A stretch of DNA of 64,000 bases from an uncultured Chloroflexia bacterium (lineage in GTDB: Bacteria; Chloroflexota; Anaerolineae; CG2-30-64-16): positions 96,001-160,000 of the forward strand of contig CAVZDU010000007.1 in assembly GCA_963774265.1 (NCBI GenBank), given 5' to 3'. This document shows, piece after piece, positions 61,506 to 64,000 of this stretch. The position numbers and the translations under genes are program-made. Every line of letters starts with the position of its first letter. Position 1 is the first letter of the stretch. The notes below the pieces were generated by a model that was not told the DNA's origin, searched no databases, and was given only the letters and a program-made list of their open reading frames with translations.

Positions 61506-62066
61506 CTAGCTGCCGGTGAGCCACAGGAGAGCGATGGCAATGGCGGCGGCCCAAGGCATGAGTTTGAACTCGCCCTGCCTGAGTGCGGCCCGCGCTTCGG
61601 CTTGCGTCAGGAACAGCATTTCTTGCTCCTCGAGGTCGTCGCTGGCTGGCGCAGTGACGCACCGGGCGCCGCGCGCCAGGAAGAAATGACCGCTGCCCAC
61701 GCCACGATTGCCATCCACGGGATACGAGCCCAGCGAAACCCATTCGGTTGCTTCGTAGCCGGTCTCTTCGCGCAACTCGCGCTGTGCCGAGGCAAGCGCC
61801 TCCTCGCCAGGCTCCTGATATCCTCCGACGATGGCAAGGCTGGGCCCATCGAGTGCGTACTTAACCTGACGGAAGCACAGCAAGTGTCCATCGTCCGTCT
61901 CGGCCACGACGTTCACGTAGTCCGGGGTGATGATCCAGGCCCAATCATCGATTACCTTGCCGTTGGGCCACTCCACCTGGTGTAATTCCACCCGCAGAAA
62001 CTTCCCGCCATCCAGGATCGTGCGCCGGGCGTGCGTCTTTGGCTCTGCAAGCTTGTGGTTGCTCAT
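61506..62066 (-). CDS. NUDIX hydrolase (ADP-ribose pyrophosphatase-like)
   Basis: GGYQEPGEEALASAQRELREETGY Nudix box. Confidence 0.9.
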   Translation of the reverse strand: MSNHKLAEPKTHARRTILDGGKFLRVELHQVEWPNGKVIDDWAWIITPDYVNVVAETDDGHLLCFRQVKYALDGPSLAIVGGYQEPGEEALASAQRELREETGYEATEWVSLGSYPVDGNRGVGSGHFFLARGARCVTAPASDDLEEQEMLFLTQAEARAALRQGEFKLMPWAAAIAIALLWLTGS

Positions 62067-62208
62067 AGCCTTCTTCCGATGAAATGGTGTGGCAAAAGTT
62101 TAACCTTGATGCCCGTATTCAAGCAAATGTTCCTGCGTTGTTAGTATTGTATGGGGTTTCATACGCGCAGCCCCAGCATGACGGCAGCTTTTCCTGGGAG
62201 GAAACCGT

Positions 62209-62463
62209 ATGAACAAGCATGACAGCGCGGTATGGCGCAAACGGCCTCGTGACGGTCACCCGTTCGATCGGCTGAATCGCGCCGAGCTAAAGGTAATGCA
62301 GCAACTCACGATCGATGGCTCGAATGGAGAAATTGCACGGCATCTCGATCTGCCGGAGCAGGCAGTGCGGGACCACGTCCTCCAGATTCTTGAGAAGCTG
62401 GAGCTTGCGAATCGGGGTGAGGCCACGCGCCTGGCTCGACAAAACGGTCTGCGCGCGATGTAG
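62209..62463 (+). CDS. stand-alone LuxR-type HTH protein
   Basis: L...E..V......SN.EIA..L......V..HV..IL.KL...NR. Confidence 0.75.
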   Translation: MNKHDSAVWRKRPRDGHPFDRLNRAELKVMQQLTIDGSNGEIARHLDLPEQAVRDHVLQILEKLELANRGEATRLARQNGLRAM

Positions 62464-62484
62464 CTGAGCTAACAAAACACAACG

Positions 62485-62524
62485 AAAAGGCCTGGCGAGC
62501 AGCAACCTGCCCGCCAGGCCTTTT
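62485..62524. terminator. bidirectional terminator
   Basis: AAAAGGCCTGGCG...CGCCAGGCCTTTT. Confidence 0.75.
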
Positions 62525-62544
62525 GTTTGCCTGTCAAATCAGCA

Positions 62545-62724
62545 TTATGGTGTCGTATCCTCGTCCGCTGCGATCTCCTCCTCTTTGGGCCTGAAACGCC
62601 GCGCAACCAGGAAGATCACCACACCGAGGACCACGCTCAGGATTGCCAGCGTGACGGGAATAATCTCATCCCACGCGCCGACCGCACCGTGTGCTAACAC
62701 CGTCAGGAACGACGTATCGATCAT
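62545..62724 (-). CDS. small membrane protein
   Basis: LAHGAVGAWDE followed by one TM segment. Confidence 0.5.
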   Translation of the reverse strand: MIDTSFLTVLAHGAVGAWDEIIPVTLAILSVVLGVVIFLVARRFRPKEEEIAADEDTTP

Positions 62725-62786
62725 AGTAATGACGATTGAACCGCTCAATACGCTGTGTGACTGTTGTTGCACTTCCTATTGTGTCG

Positions 62787-63155
62787 CTAATTCCGGGCGA
62801 ACACGCCGATCAGTGCTCCGATGCCGGCCAGGATCAACAGAACGGGCCAGAACAGGCTCCAGTTGAAGTTGAAAAAGAACATGGCGAACACAAACAGCAG
62901 AATGACACCGCCTACCAGTGGTCCCCGCACCGCTGCATCGACCGCGCCGTGTGTCTGGTAGAGTTTCCACGCGGAAGTCAACGAGCCGATGGCCGGTATG
63001 AGGATGAACAGCGCCCACCAATTGCCGAAGTTCAGGCCTGTGAGATTCTGCAGCAGCATGAACACACCGATGACGATGAGGATGCCGCCGAAGACCCAGG
63101 GTGCCGCGTCGCTGCGATGATGCTGCGTCGAGTTGGGTGTTTGGTTATCGTCCAT
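62787..63155 (-). CDS. 4-TM membrane protein (DUF5668/LiaF-N-like)
   Basis: G.ILI.IG...LL.N, WWALF, WPVLLIL.G. Confidence 0.75.
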   Translation of the reverse strand: MDDNQTPNSTQHHRSDAAPWVFGGILIVIGVFMLLQNLTGLNFGNWWALFILIPAIGSLTSAWKLYQTHGAVDAAVRGPLVGGVILLFVFAMFFFNFNWSLFWPVLLILAGIGALIGVFARN

Positions 63156-63200
63156 AAGAACCCTCCATGCAATTGCATTTTTAAGCATTCCACTCCTCAT

Positions 63201-63226
63201 TACGCTCGTACTGAATCAAGGTTGCA
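63201..63226 (-). promoter_or_regulatory. putative ECF-sigma promoter
   Basis: TGCAAC-N16-CGTA. Confidence 0.5.
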
Positions 63227-63237
63227 TGAGGCTTCTT

Positions 63238-64000
63238 CTACGTCAGTGAGAAGAATGCTTGGACATCCTCGAACCGCCGCGTCGGCCGGCCGTCGGGCAG
63301 CGCCGCGAGGATCTTCTGGCCGTACGATTTTTCGAGGATGCGTGAGTCGAGGAGCGCGATAACGCCCCGGTCGTTTTCTGTACGCACCAGCCGGCCGGCC
63401 CCTTGGCGCAGCGTCAGGATTGCATGGCTGAGTTGCAGCTCGTTGAACGGGTTGCCCTTGCGATCGAAGATAAGCTTTTCCTGCCGCTTGAGGACCGGGT
63501 CATCCTGTGGCAGGAATGGGATTTTGTCGAGGATCACCATGGAGAGCGCGTCACCGGGCACGTCGACGCCTTCCCAAAAACTGCGCGTCGCAAACAGCAC
63601 CGCCTGGCCGTCGGCCTGGAAGCGCTCGAGCAGTTCTCGGCGAGAGGTCTTGCCGTCCTGGCTGAGGCACAGGAATGACACCTGTGGCGCCACCGCTTCG
63701 TAAAGCTGCTCCGCACGACGCCGGCTGGTGCAGAGGACGAACGCGCGCCCCCGGCTGCTGAGCACCAGCCGGCGCACCTCCGAGGCCAGTCGTTGGAGGT
63801 AACGTTCCTCGCCGGGCCCCTCATACGCCGGGATCAACCCCGGTGGTGTGTAGATCAGCACATGGCCCTTGAAGTCGAACGGACTGGTGATGCGCACCAG
63901 GGAGGTCGGTCGTTTCTCTGTCCATGCGCCAATGCTCCGCTGAAACCAGGTCAGATCCGTTCCCACTGCCAGCGTGGCGCTGGTGCAGACCACCCGCGGC
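63238..64000 (-). CDS. DinG/YoaA family helicase, C-terminal part (runs off the window)
   Basis: TSATL, SPFD, FWEGVDVPG, KIPF, QGAGRLVR...DRG, D.R....YG. Confidence 0.92.
   Translation of the reverse strand, partial: PRVVCTSATLAVGTDLTWFQRSIGAWTEKRPTSLVRITSPFDFKGHVLIYTPPGLIPAYEGPGEERYLQRLASEVRRLVLSSRGRAFVLCTSRRRAEQLYEAVAPQVSFLCLSQDGKTSRRELLERFQADGQAVLFATRSFWEGVDVPGDALSMVILDKIPFLPQDDPVLKRQEKLIFDRKGNPFNELQLSHAILTLRQGAGRLVRTENDRGVIALLDSRILEKSYGQKILAALPDGRPTRRFEDVQAFFSLT

Overview
High-GC bacterial chromosomal window. The gene content resembles Chloroflexota (Anaerolineae-like); this is inferred from protein families and was not tested. Many genes carry single-base indels clustered in blocks (0.6-2 kb, 18-20.5 kb, 31.9-36.6 kb). 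These look like long-read consensus errors, so such genes are reported as single CDSs. Contents from left to right: a fused Type IIG restriction-modification gene with a compositionally distinct specificity region; an unexplained structured intergenic element; a lipid kinase; tyrosine phenol-lyase; a tRNA-Ile2(CAU) gene split by a 295-nt IC3-type group I intron between U33 and C34; secreted and lipoprotein genes; MFS and Gld-like ABC transporters; hisI; a 14-kb LacI-led sugar catabolism cluster (two ABC importers, one with a tandemly duplicated binding protein, two FucI-like isomerases, an FGGY kinase and a class II aldolase); glucokinase; an intact ISAs1 element with a 9-bp target duplication; an ECF sigma/double-zinc-finger anti-sigma/kinase unit; and a partial DinG helicase. 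The best-supported unusual feature is the tRNA intron. The best candidates for undescribed elements are three structured non-coding regions (3.4, 8.0 and 26.4 kb). All family assignments are from recall and motif reading; no searches were run.
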